This document shows positions 1 through 12,529 of a stretch of DNA of 64,000 nt, in pieces. The notes under the pieces were generated by a model that saw only the letters and a list, made by a program, of their open reading frames with translations, was not told where the DNA came from and ran no database searches. Each line of letters begins with the position of its first letter. Within the stretch, counting starts at the first letter, position 1. The position numbers were made by a program, and so were the translations under genes. The stretch covers positions 187,674,001-187,738,000 of the forward strand of contig OZ024740.1 in assembly GCA_964016885.1 (NCBI GenBank), written 5' to 3'. Source of the DNA: Eledone cirrhosa (lineage: Eukaryota).

Positions 1-3000
1 CCAAACAAGGCATTTAGTCTTGGCTGCTGGAACGTACGGACGCTGCTTAACAGGTATTCCTTGGAGCGTCCTGAACGAAGGACCGCTCTTGTTGCAAAGG
101 AGCTTCGCGTTACAATCTTGACATCGTGGCTTTATTTAAGACGAGGTTAGCTGGAGATGGTCATCTTACAGAATTTTGTGGAGAATATACATTCTTCTGG
201 AAAAGAAGAGATGAAGGAACCAGAAGAGAGGCTGGGGTAGGATTTGCTGTTAAGACTGTTCTTGTGAATAAATTAGAAGAATTCCCAGTAGGGATTAGTG
301 AGCGTCTTATGTTCATGAGAATTCCGCTGGACAAAGGAAGATATGCGACCCTGGTGAGTGTGTATGCTCCAACTATGAATTCTGTCGATGAAGAAAAAGT
401 GTCCTTTTACCATGCCTTGAAAGGTGTTTTAACAAATATCCCTCAGGCAGACAAAGTCATCGTGCTTGGTGACTTTAATGCTAGAGTGGGTAGGGATTTT
501 AACACATGGAATGTAATCGGAAGGCATGGGGTGGGAAAGTGTAACAACAATGGTATGCTCCTGCTGCAGATGTGTGAGGAGCTGGATCTGTGTGTTACCA
601 ACACCATGTTCCAACAAAAGAACAAATTCAAGACCACATGGATGCATCCTGCATCTAAGGAATGGCATCTTTTGGACTACGTCCTAATCATGATGCGTGA
701 CAGACAGGATGTGCAGTGTGTTTGTGCTCTTCGTGGAGCTGGGTGCTGGACGGACCCCCACCTGGTACGCGCAAAAGTGAAACTAATCACTAAACGTAAA
801 ATCCGGGCTCCTGGTGTTGCCCTGCCCAAAAGATTGAATGCTGTTCGTCTTAAGGATAAAAATGAGAAGAGGACATTGGAAGAAGAGATGCAGGCTGCAG
901 ATCTTGGTGAGGATTGACCGGCCCTTAAAAAGTCGGTTTATAATGTAGGCAGGCGTGTTCTGGGATTGGAGCAGAGAAAACATCAGGAATAGTTTAATGA
1001 GAATGATGTACATATAGAAGACTTGTTGGCTGATAAGAGGCATGCTCTGTCATGCTACTTGTCGGCAAAACCACAGGAGAGGAATACGTTGCATGAGGAA
1101 CTCAAGGATGTAAAATCACGTGTTAGGCGGAGTCTTTCTCAGATGAAGGATCAGTGGTGGAGTGAGAAGGCTAGTGAGATACAAACTGCGTCAGATTCCA
1201 ATAACACAAAGCTGTTGTACAGTCTCTTGCGTGAGGTTTATGGAGCGTCTGCTTCTCTGGTGAAACCGCTTCGCAGCAAGGATGGCAAAGAACGTCTTTG
1301 TGACTCACAAGAATTCTACGAAGGTGGCGAGAGCACTCTGATGATCTTTTGAATCAGCCGTCTGTCGTCAGTGAAGAATTCCTCAATCTCATTCCAGAAA
1401 GTCCTGTGAAAGTAGAACCTCTGATGCTTGTAGAGGTTGCAGTGGTTATCCCGAAGCTGAACAGTGGAAGGTCTCCAGGTATGGATGGCATACATGCTGA
1501 GCTCCTACAATATGGTGGTGAGGGACTCCTGCAACATCTTCACTCTTTGTTTGGGAGGATATGGGCTAATGAATCTGTACCTGAGGACTGGAGAGATGCA
1601 GTAATGGTGGTCTTGTACAAGGGAAAGGGTAACAGGAACGATTGTGGGAACTACAGAGGTATATCATTGCTTTCTGTCGTAGGGAATGTTTTATGTAGGG
1701 TGCTTCTGGACCATTTGCTGACACACATTGCAGATTGTGTTCTTCCTGAAAGTCAATCTGGTTTTCGTGCTGGACGCGGCACTACTGATATGATCTTCTC
1801 AGATAGACGGCTCCAGGAGAAGTGCATGGAACAAGGTTTGGATCTGTATCAGGTTTTTGTCGATCTCACAAAAGCTTTTGATACTGTTAATAGAAATGCA
1901 TTATGGAAGGTTCTCCAGAAACTTGGTTGCCCTGATAAGTTCCTTGCTTTAGTTAGGTCTTTCCATGACAACATGAAGGCTTGGGTTAATGTCGGAGGTA
2001 ACATGTCGGAGTCTATCTCAGTAAAAAATGGAGTGAAACAGGGGGATATTCCAGCACCGACCCTGTTTGCCATATACTTTGCAATGGTTTTCTGTATTGC
2101 ATTCAGGAATTGCGAGCATGGTGTTTACATCCGATATCGAACCTCAGGCAGCATATTTAACATCAGGCGCATTGCTGCAAAGACAAAAGTATTTACATCA
2201 ATCATAAGAGACCTCTTGTATGCAGATGATTGCGATCTTGTAGCGCACACAGAGAGTGATATGCAGCACATTTTGAATGCATTTTCTGACGCTTGCACTG
2301 CCCTAGGATTGACTGTCACTCTCAAGAAAACCGTCGTCATGTACCAAGCTGCCCCTGGTAAGCAGTACACTGAACCAAATATCTATGTGTATGGTAAACG
2401 ACTTGGAGTGGTTGATCTGTTTGTCTACCTGGGAAGCACTGTCAATTGATACAGCAACCTTGACAGTGAAATCTCACTTTGGATTAGGAAAGCAAGTGAT
2501 GCTTTCGGAAAGCTAGAAAGGCGACTCTGGGGTCAGCGAGACATATGCAGGAGGACAAAGGTAAAGGTGTACAAGACATGTGTGCTCTCTTGTCTTCTTT
2601 ATGCCTGCGAGACCTGGGTTACATATCGACACCACGTCATGCAATTGGAGCGTTTCCATCAGATGTGTCTCAGACGGATCCATGGCGTTCCCTGGAGGGA
2701 CCATATCAGTGATGTCGAGATTTTGGAAAGCTCTATGTGTGACAGTATAGAAGCTCTTGTGCTTAAGCAACGACTCCGTTGGAGTGGTCACCTTGCAAGA
2801 ATGAAGGATTCTAGAATACCAAAACAACTCTTTTATGGAAAGTTGGTTAAAGGAAAACGACCGCCACATAAACCAAAAAAGAGGTATAAGGATTCCTTGA
2901 AAGCCTCTTTGAAAGACGCTAACATCTCTGCTGATACATGGGAAAATATTGCTGCTGATAGTAATAAATGGAGAAAGACTGTATATGAGGGAAAATTTTC

Positions 3001-3678
3001 CTTTGAAGCATCTCGAATCGCATACGAGAAAGTAAAGTGGGATGTGAGGAAGGGCATTGCTGTTGCACTTCCAGACGGCGAGGGTCCTCCTATGGTGCTG
3101 ACATGCAGCATCTGTGCGAGACTCTGCCTAAGCAAAGCTGGACTCGAAAGTCATCTTCGCAGTCATAAAGTAAGACCAGTGGTTGACTACCAGGCTGCTG
3201 TTGGAGATGCTACTCATCATGCTTGCCAAGCATGTGGTAGAGAATGTAAATCAGCAAGAGGGCTCAAGCGACATGCAAAAGTACATGAACTCCAACCACA
3301 GCCGGCTATTCCCAGTGAATGTTTTGGTTGCCGACTCTGTGCAAGACATTTTAGATCATTGGCTGGGCTAAAAAACCACATTCGATCGCAGCGCTGTTAG
3401 TTGCTATCGTGTGTGTGTATAGATATGTTTATGTGTGTGCGTGTGTGTGTATATATATATGTATATTATTATTGTGGTATTATTATTATTATTGTTATTA
3501 ATGTATATGTGTGGGTATATATATATATGTGTATATATATATATGTATGTGTATATATATATATATTTCTTTCTTTTTCTTTTCTTTTCTTTCTTCTTTA
3601 TTTATTATTATTTTATTTTTTCTCGTGCAATGGCCATACTCGATAACGAGGGGGCAGCTATCATGTATGTATGTATGT
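1..3678 (+). mobile_element. RTE/BovB-like non-LTR retrotransposon, near full length, inactivated (APE endonuclease + RT + three C-terminal C2H2 fingers)
   Basis: APE motifs WNVRTL (~28), GVGF, VYAPT, LGDFNARVG, LLDYV; RT motifs NYRGISLL, FVDLTKAFD, GVKQGD, LLYADD (~2212-2229); RLRWSGH; stops at 915, 989 and 2447 plus frameshifts near 110 and 1320; 3' end with (ATGT)n tail 3663-3678. Confidence 0.93.
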
Positions 3679-3850
3679 AAAAGAAATTCCAACTTTGTCT
3701 GATTTACTTGTTTTATTTACAATCCTTTAAAATTATAATGATATTATAATGAAATAGTATGGTAGAATATTAAATGTTAAGTGTTAATTGAACAAGTACT
3801 TTCTTGCTTTCGCAATCTTCAGGTTCATAATAAGTGGTGACAGTCAAGTT
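3679..3850 (-). mobile_element. Short PLE-terminal/retrozyme-like repeat, homologous to 55123-55270
   Basis: ~145 bp nearly identical to 55123-55268 and contains an HHR; abuts the LINE tail and a (TA)n tract. Confidence 0.65.
3789..3827 (-). ncRNA. Minimal type I hammerhead ribozyme
   Basis: Minus strand UGAAC-CUGAAGA-UUGC(GAAA)GCAA-GAAA-GUAC-UU-GUUCA: intact core, perfect stems I and II, palindromic stem III (AAGUACUU). Confidence 0.8.
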
Positions 3851-3869
3851 TGCAATTTTCAACTGTGTG

Positions 3870-3911
<42 letters not shown>

Positions 3912-4084
3912 CACATACACCCACACACATAGACAAATACATTTACTTATGCATGCATCGATACCGAGAGAGAGATATCTGCAACCACAGATTTTAGATC
4001 TCTTGAAGATGAAAGCAGAGATTCTGTGCCTAAATATATAATCTATCCAAATGATTAAATATTAATGATATATATATAAGTAAT

Positions 4085-4720
4085 TCAGTGAATTGCATTT
4101 TTCATCTCCAGTTACCATTTTCTTCAAAAAAAGATCGGTTCCTTCATGTTTAAGCAAGAAATTGCAGATGGAAATCTCTTGGGTAAGGTTGGCTTCATTC
4201 AATTCATGGGGAACCCAACATCAAGGCTGATGATGTAACCAAGTTTATGTAGATGGTTTTTAACACTTGATTTGGATATCTGGAGAATATCTACAATTGC
4301 TCTAGTTGTAAGATGAGAATTGGTGTTGATTAACTCCTTTACTAGGTCCCTGTTAACTACAAATTGCCATCCAGTGTAAGGTACATCTTGATTCGAAAAA
4401 ATTCCCAATTAAAATCTTGAGAACCACTTATGTCATACATATTCTGTAACAACATCCCTCCATCTGTTCCTGCTAGTTTCTGATGCTTTCTTACCTTTCT
4501 TAAAATAGACAAGCAGGGTGTGTTGATAATGTTCATTTTGGTTTCCATTTTGGTTAAATGCACAAAATACAATCAATCTTGTCAGAGTTTCACTATGAAC
4601 TACTTTGAAGTATCAAGTATCTAACAAGTGCATATTTGGAAGGAAAAAAGTAAAGTTAGCAACTATGAGAGTGTCTGAAGTTTAATATTAGCAAAAATGG
4701 AATGGATGATTTGGCCAACC
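4085..4720 (-). mobile_element. Degenerate Tc1/mariner transposase relic
   Basis: Minus strand gives ...SVKNHLHKLGY...LDV plus a frameshifted WVPHEL-like motif, then FLKKMVTGDEK (first catalytic D region). Confidence 0.7.
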
Positions 4721-4726
4721 ATACAT

Positions 4727-6449
4727 ATCATCATCATCATCATCATCGTTTAACATTTATCTTCCACACTAGCATGGGTTAAGACGAGAATTGTCCCACT
4801 TGAGGCAAGATTGGTTGTCTTGCTTGTATAGGACAGTCTGGCAGGTTTTCTATGGCTGGATGCCCTTCCCTACACCAACCTCGTTTACAGTGTGGACTGG
4901 GAGGATTTTACTGTGTTACCTACACGGCCACATTACAGCGTGGACTGTGTGTTTTTGTCGTGACACCTACGCGACCTCATTTATTTAAGACTGGATGTTG
5001 TAGTACCAACATAACTTTACAGAGAAAGGGGTGGGGTAGATGGGGGTGGGGGTAGGGGTAGTGGGATGGGTGTGTATTTTTGGTTAAGAGGTGCCTACTG
5101 ACTGTAGGTTTCGCTTCGTACTTAGGCAAGGCGGGCCTTCTGTATTACTGCGTAGTGTCAAAGATCTCGGTCCAGTGACATTGTCTTGGAGAGGTGTAAG
5201 AGTGTAAGTCGGAATTTATCCACTCGTCCCAGGTTTTTCTGGGTCTGCCTACTCCATAGCTTCAATCAATTTTGATCGCTCTGCACTTTTTTTATACAGC
5301 TGTTGTCATTCATGCGTATGATGTGACCATACCATCGTAGTCTTCTCTCGAGTAAACAATGTAACATTGCTGTTCGTATGCAGGCATCATACAGTCTGCC
5401 TTTCAATTTTAGAGAGAAACCTTTAGCGGCCAATAGTGGTATAAGCTCTCTGAACTTTTTCCATCCCGTTCTGACTCTGGCTACTGAACTTTCAGAGCAC
5501 CCTCCACCACTGCTGATTTTGTCACCCAGGTAACGGAAGGTGTCCACTATTTCTATAGAGCCATCTGGGCAATAGAAGGAACTAGTATCCTGTGGGCACT
5601 TGCTACTACTTATTGCACCTGAGCACCGGCCACATATAAAATCTATATTCTTAGTTAGCTTACTTATGATCCCACTACATCTTTTATGCACCATACTTTG
5701 CATTTGGGACATAAAATGGAATTTCTGCCTACTCCTTTCCTACACACTGAGCATGGTCATTTCCCAGAGGGGACCAGTGCCCTATTATCCTTCCTACATA
5801 CTGGAACTTTAGTCTTAGAGTAGTTAATTTTAAAGCCTTTTGATTCTAGGCATGCTTCCATGTTTGGAATTTCTTCTCTAGTTCAGCCATTGATTCAGCT
5901 ATGAGCGCTAGATCATCTGCATATAGAAGTTCCCATGGGAGGTGAACTCCTCTAATTTAATGCCTGTATAGTTTCCCCTATCTAGGGCACCTCCTTTACC
6001 CTTGTAGCAGTTAATGATGATGCTGCTATGCCAGTCATTTGGTATAACCCCATTCTGTATGACTTGGTTTACTATCCGGGTGACCATAGTGTGTCCCACC
6101 GATCCAGATGCTTTTAGCATTTCAGCAACTATCTCTGAAGCCCCAGCTGCTTTGCCTGTCTTCATATCTTTGATTGCCTTACTTATTATACTACCTTCAA
6201 CTTGCACTGCTGGTCCCTCTATTCGATTGATTTGGGGCAGACTATCTTTTTCCCATTATTCTCCTCATTTAGTAGCTTCTTCCAAGCTATCTTCTTATCA
6301 GTATCAGTGATGGCAAGTATACCATCATTATTACGGACACACTTCGCCCAAACAATATCACGGTTTTCCTTGAGACTCATTGTCTAGCAATCCTGAACAC
6401 CTCACGTTTTTGGTCCTTGCATTGTAGAACATGCTTGAACTTTCTTTCC
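4727..6449 (-). mobile_element. RTE-clade LINE (PHD-finger family), 5'-truncated with internal deletions
   Basis: ORFs 5908-6207 and 5266-5712 match the copy at 20150-22383; shared 3' UTR; (CAT)n tail on plus strand at 4727-4748. Confidence 0.9.
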
Positions 6450-6470
6450 TATATATATATATATATATAT

Positions 6471-6547
6471 ATATGAAAAGATTCAGGACCCCGACAGCTG
6501 TCGAAACAGCCAGAGCTCAGCTGTCATGGTCCTGAATCTTTTCATAT
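6471..6547. repeat. Inverted repeat, 20-bp perfect arms
   Basis: ATATGAAAAGATTCAGGACC (6471-6490) / GGTCCTGAATCTTTTCATAT (6528-6547), plus inner GACAGCTG/CAGCTGTC. Confidence 0.9.
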
Positions 6548-6650
6548 TACCCACTCTACTATCTCAAATATCAGGTACTCTGGTGTGTTATGGCCCACCT
6601 GTTATCTTACCACTCACACTTTGTTATATATATATATATATAAGTAGTTC

Positions 6651-6784
6651 CACAACAGTTAATACACTATTTCCAAGAACAATTTGTTTCACCTCAAATG
6701 GAACATCAGCTTTGTTTAAACTAAGTTGATGGTCTGTTTGAGGTGAAACAAATTGTTCTTGGAAATGGTGTATCAACCGTTGTG
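6651..6784. repeat. Imperfect ~134-bp palindrome
   Basis: ATTTCCAAGAACAATTTGTTTCACCTCAAA / TTTGAGGTGAAACAAATTGTTCTTGGAAAT, centred on GTTTAAAC (~6714-6721). Confidence 0.9.
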
Positions 6785-7229
6785 AAACCACTTCTACGAA
6801 GCTCATCCCATGGACTGAGTGCTCTACTACTGTGGATATAACCCACCAGCATTCTACCACTATATATATATATATATAATGTGTGTATGAGCATGTATGA
6901 GTTTGTCTTTACCTTAACATAATTACTAAATCGAAGCATTAAGTTGTAGCTATGCTGGAAACCCACACTCATTATTTCAGAAATCTTTGTTTTCAGTTTT
7001 GTATTTGATAAATGAAGGAGTTCGAAGTTGCTGAACTTATATACATCTCTTGCTCATGTAGGTTTCTCTGGAATCATATAGAGTAGACTGTTAAAATTTC
7101 TGTTTCAATGAGTTAGGTATTCTATGGAAATCGTTAGTTTCAGATGATATTGAAGACCCGTGTTCCTCTGAATCCCAAGCACTCTCAATATCAAATCCCA
7201 AACCAATTTCGTTGGTTTAGTATTTCGAA

Positions 7230-7262
7230 CACATGTACCCACACACACATGTACCCACACAC

Positions 7263-7309
<47 letters not shown>

Positions 7310-7440
7310 CACACATATACACACACACACACACTCACTTGATTACACACACACTCACACTCACACACACTGACCTACTCAGTCACACACATTGACTAAC
7401 AGACACCTTCACACCTACCCACACACTCAGTCACACACAC
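7230..7440. repeat. (CA)n-rich microsatellite
   Basis: Direct inspection. Confidence 0.9.
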
Positions 7441-9499
7441 ATTTGTTATCTCATTGATAAAAACCTAAATTTCTCAGCTGCCAGTAAGAATGTTAAAATC
7501 TATTTGAGAGCAAATACATACATTGCAATCATTTCAACTTACTTAGCTCTTAAATTATTCTAGAATGTTCATTTATTTTGCTATTTTTATGGGATGTTTT
7601 CCAGTTTTATATGCAAATAGACAAGGAAGGCATCATATTGTTTGCCATCATTTTATTTTAAATACAAAATATGCACATAAATAAATAAATATTTCGAACT
7701 TACATGGGTGCTCTCAATACATTCGTAATGACATCTTACATACATTGAATGACAGATGTTTTAAAACTGTTCTTTATGTTTTGTTTTAAGTTAAAAAGAG
7801 AAGGACTGTTATGGAGAAAGGCTAGATATAAACAACAGAAAAGTAGAATATAGCTATATTTCACAATAGCATACTCTATGTTCATAGAAGCTAGTTTTGT
7901 GATGGTTTAAAGAAAAGTTTTAAAGAATATATATAATCATATATGCACACATATATACATTCATACACTACCCATATACATATATCTGGACAGGTAGAGA
8001 ATGTCAAATCTATTCTTTGTTTACAGGTTGTGTGTCTCTCCAAACTTATACATTTTGTGTTTCAGTGTAATCCATTGTAAATTTATGGTTTTGTCTTCAA
8101 AATGTAAAAGCTATAAAACTTCAATAAATAAATAAATAAGAATTATAATGATAATAACTAAATAAATAAAATTAGTTTCAATAAAACATATTTTTGGGAA
8201 AGTAGAATGTATATTTTCTTGTACAAAATCATTTGAATGATTTATTAAATTTTTCTGAGATTATATATATAATAGTTTTTTTCTTTCCTATAGTTCTCTT
8301 TTGGAAAAGATAGTTTGGCATCCTAAAAATGTGTCATATTCAGAGATTCTCTATTATAGTGGCTTCCTTTTTTCTCAGTAGGATTTCAAATAGATAATAT
8401 TTGTATGATTTGGTAATATTGGTGCTATTTTTGGAAATACTGTTTCAATGCTTTTTCTTTTCACATATTTTATCTGATAAAACCCCCCAAAAGTTTTCCT
8501 ATTTGATTTCAGAAGCAATTTTATATATGAGATTTAAAAGGGAGTATACTCATATGAAGCTAATGATGAGAGTTCTATTGAAATCATTCATATGATAGCA
8601 ATATGGTTCGATTAAATTGTATACTGCTACAGATTTAATGGGTATGATTGTTGCTAAATGACTCAACATGCAAGTGAAATACTTAAAAGGTGTCTTTTTG
8701 TGTTATATTAGTTCACATGGCATCAGATCAGATAAGGGTTGAAGCATATCAGTATTTTACTCTATCAACATTCTGAAACTGTAGTAAGTCACAATTTCAT
8801 TTCATGAGTAGCTATACTTGTCTAGTAATATGATAATGATGATGATATTAATAACAACAATAATTAATATTATCTCTCACGAGTCTTATTATTGTATGAT
8901 TTCACTGCACTACTGATTGCATGTTTGTTCTGTAATGTGCAGTATCTTATTTCAGCTAAGAACTTTCTCTTGTATTGAAAGTACTACACAATTAATTAGT
9001 GTCTAATAGTGCTATTTTCCATATGTTATATATAATTCCAAGTTCAGCAGTTTTGTTTCTGTATATGTATATATATTTTTCAGGCAGTTAGAAGATAAAT
9101 GCCTGTAGTGTCTTCTTATCGATATACATAATTACAGGTTGCCTTTGACAAGGCATAGTACCAGTTCAGCCACCCCTTCAGGGATCCAACAAAAAGGATT
9201 AACCCGTTCAAAAATCTGTATATTTCCTGTGGGTATACAACAGTTCAAGCTGACAGACAATGACAAACAGTTGTATTTGCATGAGGGACATTATGGCTGT
9301 GCAAATGATCAACTATTTTGACAATGGAAAGGCATACATGCTCTATTTAAGAGAGAGAGAACTATATATTTACAGGAGGAGTTGTATTCCTGTTCAAATT
9401 AGCAACTGAAAAACAAATTGTTTGACTGTGGCTACAATGATGATATATTTGTAGCCCAATTTTTTAGCTTTTACACAATATTTTCTTTATTTCTCCTCA

Positions 9500-10600
9500 A
9501 AACTGTCTGTCAATCCAACCTCTAATCTTCATCTTCCCCCACCACTGATCATTATTCCAGCCGATATTCTGTATTTATTTGCTTCTGTGAAGAAATTATC
9601 TTGTTGATTTTATTTGTTTTGAAGCTATTTGTATTAATTTTCTTTAATTCGTTATTCTGATCTTTTCTAGACCTACAGAGGATATTCTATAATAGTTTTC
9701 TAGTGGTATAAGGCCCTTTTCTCTCTGTATTCATGGTAAATGTAATCTTTCTATGTCAGCTTTATATGATGTGTTCTAAATGCAGTTATGTCTTTTGTTT
9801 TATGTCTAGTCTTGCTAATCCATTTAACATCCAGTTGAGAATAGTACAAACTATAACTTATTATTGGGAAAGATAGTGTATTATTACCTTATTTTGTGGG
9901 GCATTAGTTCTGTTTAAGCACTAATCTAATGCATCTATAATATCCTTTCCCAATATTCTTTCTCGTTTGTGAGTTTTGGTTTATTGATTCCAAAATATTC
10001 ATAAGTTTGTGTTTGTTCTAATTCTCTTAGATCTGTATTATTTATCTAACATAATAGTGTTTATAATTAGTTTTCTACTCTCCAAAGTTGCCTTAGTGCA
10101 TTGTGCTACTCCAAATCTCATATCAATTTCTTTAGTAAACCCATATTCTGTCTGTAGCAATGTTTCTATTTGATTATCACATCTAGTCTACACCCTAAGG
10201 TCGACCATACCATTTATATTTGAGTTTAGTCATGTCATGTTTAGCATGTTAGCAAAATGTGTCAGTGCGAGACAGTAAAAAAATGGAAAAGGGGTATTTC
10301 ATTGGAATATGCCTCTTTTAATAAAGATGGGTTTTAGGTTTTATAATTCTTGTTTGTATTTGCAGAACTGTTTGCTATTTACAATGGTGTGTTCAATGTG
10401 TCTAATATTAGTACTACCTAATGTTTGCAGAATCCATATGTTGTGAATACTGTCAAAAGCCTTAATTTAATCAATCCTTGTAATGCTCTGATAGTTCTTT
10501 TCCATAAAGTATTCAGTTGTAGCTTTGATGATCAGTAATTGATATTTCCAGTCATACAAGCCTTAGTAGCATCCTTTCTGCTCCTCTAGACATAGAATTA
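9500..10600 (-). mobile_element. Highly decayed R4/Dong-like (RLE-type) non-LTR retrotransposon RT relic
   Basis: Minus-strand remnants of EEQKGC...QLLI (~10590), WID..KAFDSI..WIL (~10480-10430) and FTKEIDMRFG..QC (~10140), with many stops. Confidence 0.6.
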
Positions 10601-12059
10601 TTGTTGTTGTTGTTTGTTGGTTACAAGAATACAATTTTTAGTTCTTTACACACAGCATATGAGAATTGGTTCCGTTATTTAGTATAGATGCTTAGTTTTG
10701 TAAACTGGGATAGTATGTCAGTGTAAAATCATTGCTATACTTAAAAGTTAGCACGTGTATCTCGACTTTAGAAGAGATTCACAACTTAATGGGTTGGTAA
10801 CTGGAAGGGCAGTCAACCATAAAACACTGCCTCAGAAAATCATTCCAACCCATCAACATGGAAGGAGGGACATGAATTGATTATGATGATATACGTTAAA
10901 ATGTCTGTAATTAAGAATCTTAGGGTTCAAATATTTGAAATTACTAATAAACTAACCACTTGATATTTGTGTTGAATATTTTGATTACATGAATCAACAG
11001 TACCACAGAAGTTATATAATTGCTTTTAATCCTTTTCTCAATTACTAAATTAATTCACAAATTGAAAATTTTTAATAAAAGTTTACACAGAAAATCATAT
11101 TATTGCCAAGATTTAAGTATCTTAGCTATCTCATTTTATTTTTATTTTCATTAAAATTTAATTAGTTATCTAAATATTGAAGATAATTTTGTTTTAATTC
11201 TTTATTGTTGCTACTATTCCACATTGGATTTTTTTTTTATTTTTGAAACTAGCATGGGAGAAATAGGTTGTTTTGTTTGAGGAAATATTTTTACAGCTTC
11301 ATGTTTTTTATCACTAACTCTGGCATAAGAGTGGAACCTGTTGTCAGTCAGACAAATTGAAACATGCAGAGTTAATGGACTTGTAGCAAAAGTTTGATTT
11401 GAAGGCAAGAAAATGAGAATATAAAGTTATTCAGCACTCTTGATTCCAAATGTTCGTCAGAAAAGCTTTTACTGGATAATTGTAGTAAGATTGTTTCATG
11501 TATCTGAATTGTGTTAATTTAAAGAAAAAATATTATTATGTCTCAGCTTGACATTACAAAATAATTGAATGGGTCATTTTTATTGGTTTAAAAATTTATG
11601 TGTCAATCAATAAAAGAAAAATATATTAGTGCAGAAAGAAAATAAAAGTACAGCACAAAACAAATATTTTCATATTAAATTTCAACACATTAGAATATCT
11701 GACGACAATGTTTATTTCAGTTCAGAAACCAAACATGTTGATTTAAAATTTATATTATTATTCTTTGCAATATGATATATTGGCTGTAGTGTGTGATCAA
11801 GTGAAAATTTTTTTTTTTCGTCCTTTTCAACTTTATCTAATTCATCATCATCATCATCATTGTTTTCATCCTGTCTTTCTAATCATAGGGTTTCAATTCA
11901 TGGTTCAGAAATTTCACTCAATTCATTATTCACGACCTTTCTCTCCTTCAAAACGTGAGCTCTCTTTTGTATATTCCTTGGGTTTTAATACTATTAAAAC
12001 AAACTACTGACTAAGAATATAACAACACCTCGTGTGTTAGGGTGTCCTGGAGTTCTGGA

Positions 12060-12240
12060 AAGGAAGTTAAGCAATGGCAATTGGGAGGGATAATCCAAAT
12101 TTTCAAAAAGGGAGCCAAGTGAGATTGCTTTAATTATAGAGGCATCTAAGTTTCCCCAGTAGAATCTATGCTAAGTCTATGCAAAAAGATATAGGAATAT
12201 TATTGAATCCAAGCAAGCTGACAACGTGTGGGTTTTGTCA
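12060..12240 (+). mobile_element. Short decayed LINE RT fragment
   Basis: IxxIFKKG...C.NYRGI-like remnant. Confidence 0.45.
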
Positions 12241-12529
12241 TGTAAGCAAAAAATAACTTATTATTCTTTTCTCATTCTATACAACAAACTACATAGGGTT
12301 TTCTAATTTCATAAGGAACATAGTTTTTACCATAACAGCATTTGTGACATTATTGAAGCCTACTCATCAATGCATTATGACAAGAACATTCCGTGAAGCC
12401 CAATAATTCCCAAGATATTAAATTTAGCCAGAATTTATTGGTATAAGATGTAAAAGAAATTGAGCACTCTAGCTCGGGAACTTAATTTTCTGGGGTCCCA
12501 CCACTACTATGTTTCTTGCAGATCCTCCT

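Noticed and set aside
915-2449. In-frame TGA codons in the first LINE as possible Sec or read-through
   Set aside because: They fall at Trp/Arg-like positions and co-occur with a TAG and frameshifts, so ordinary decay
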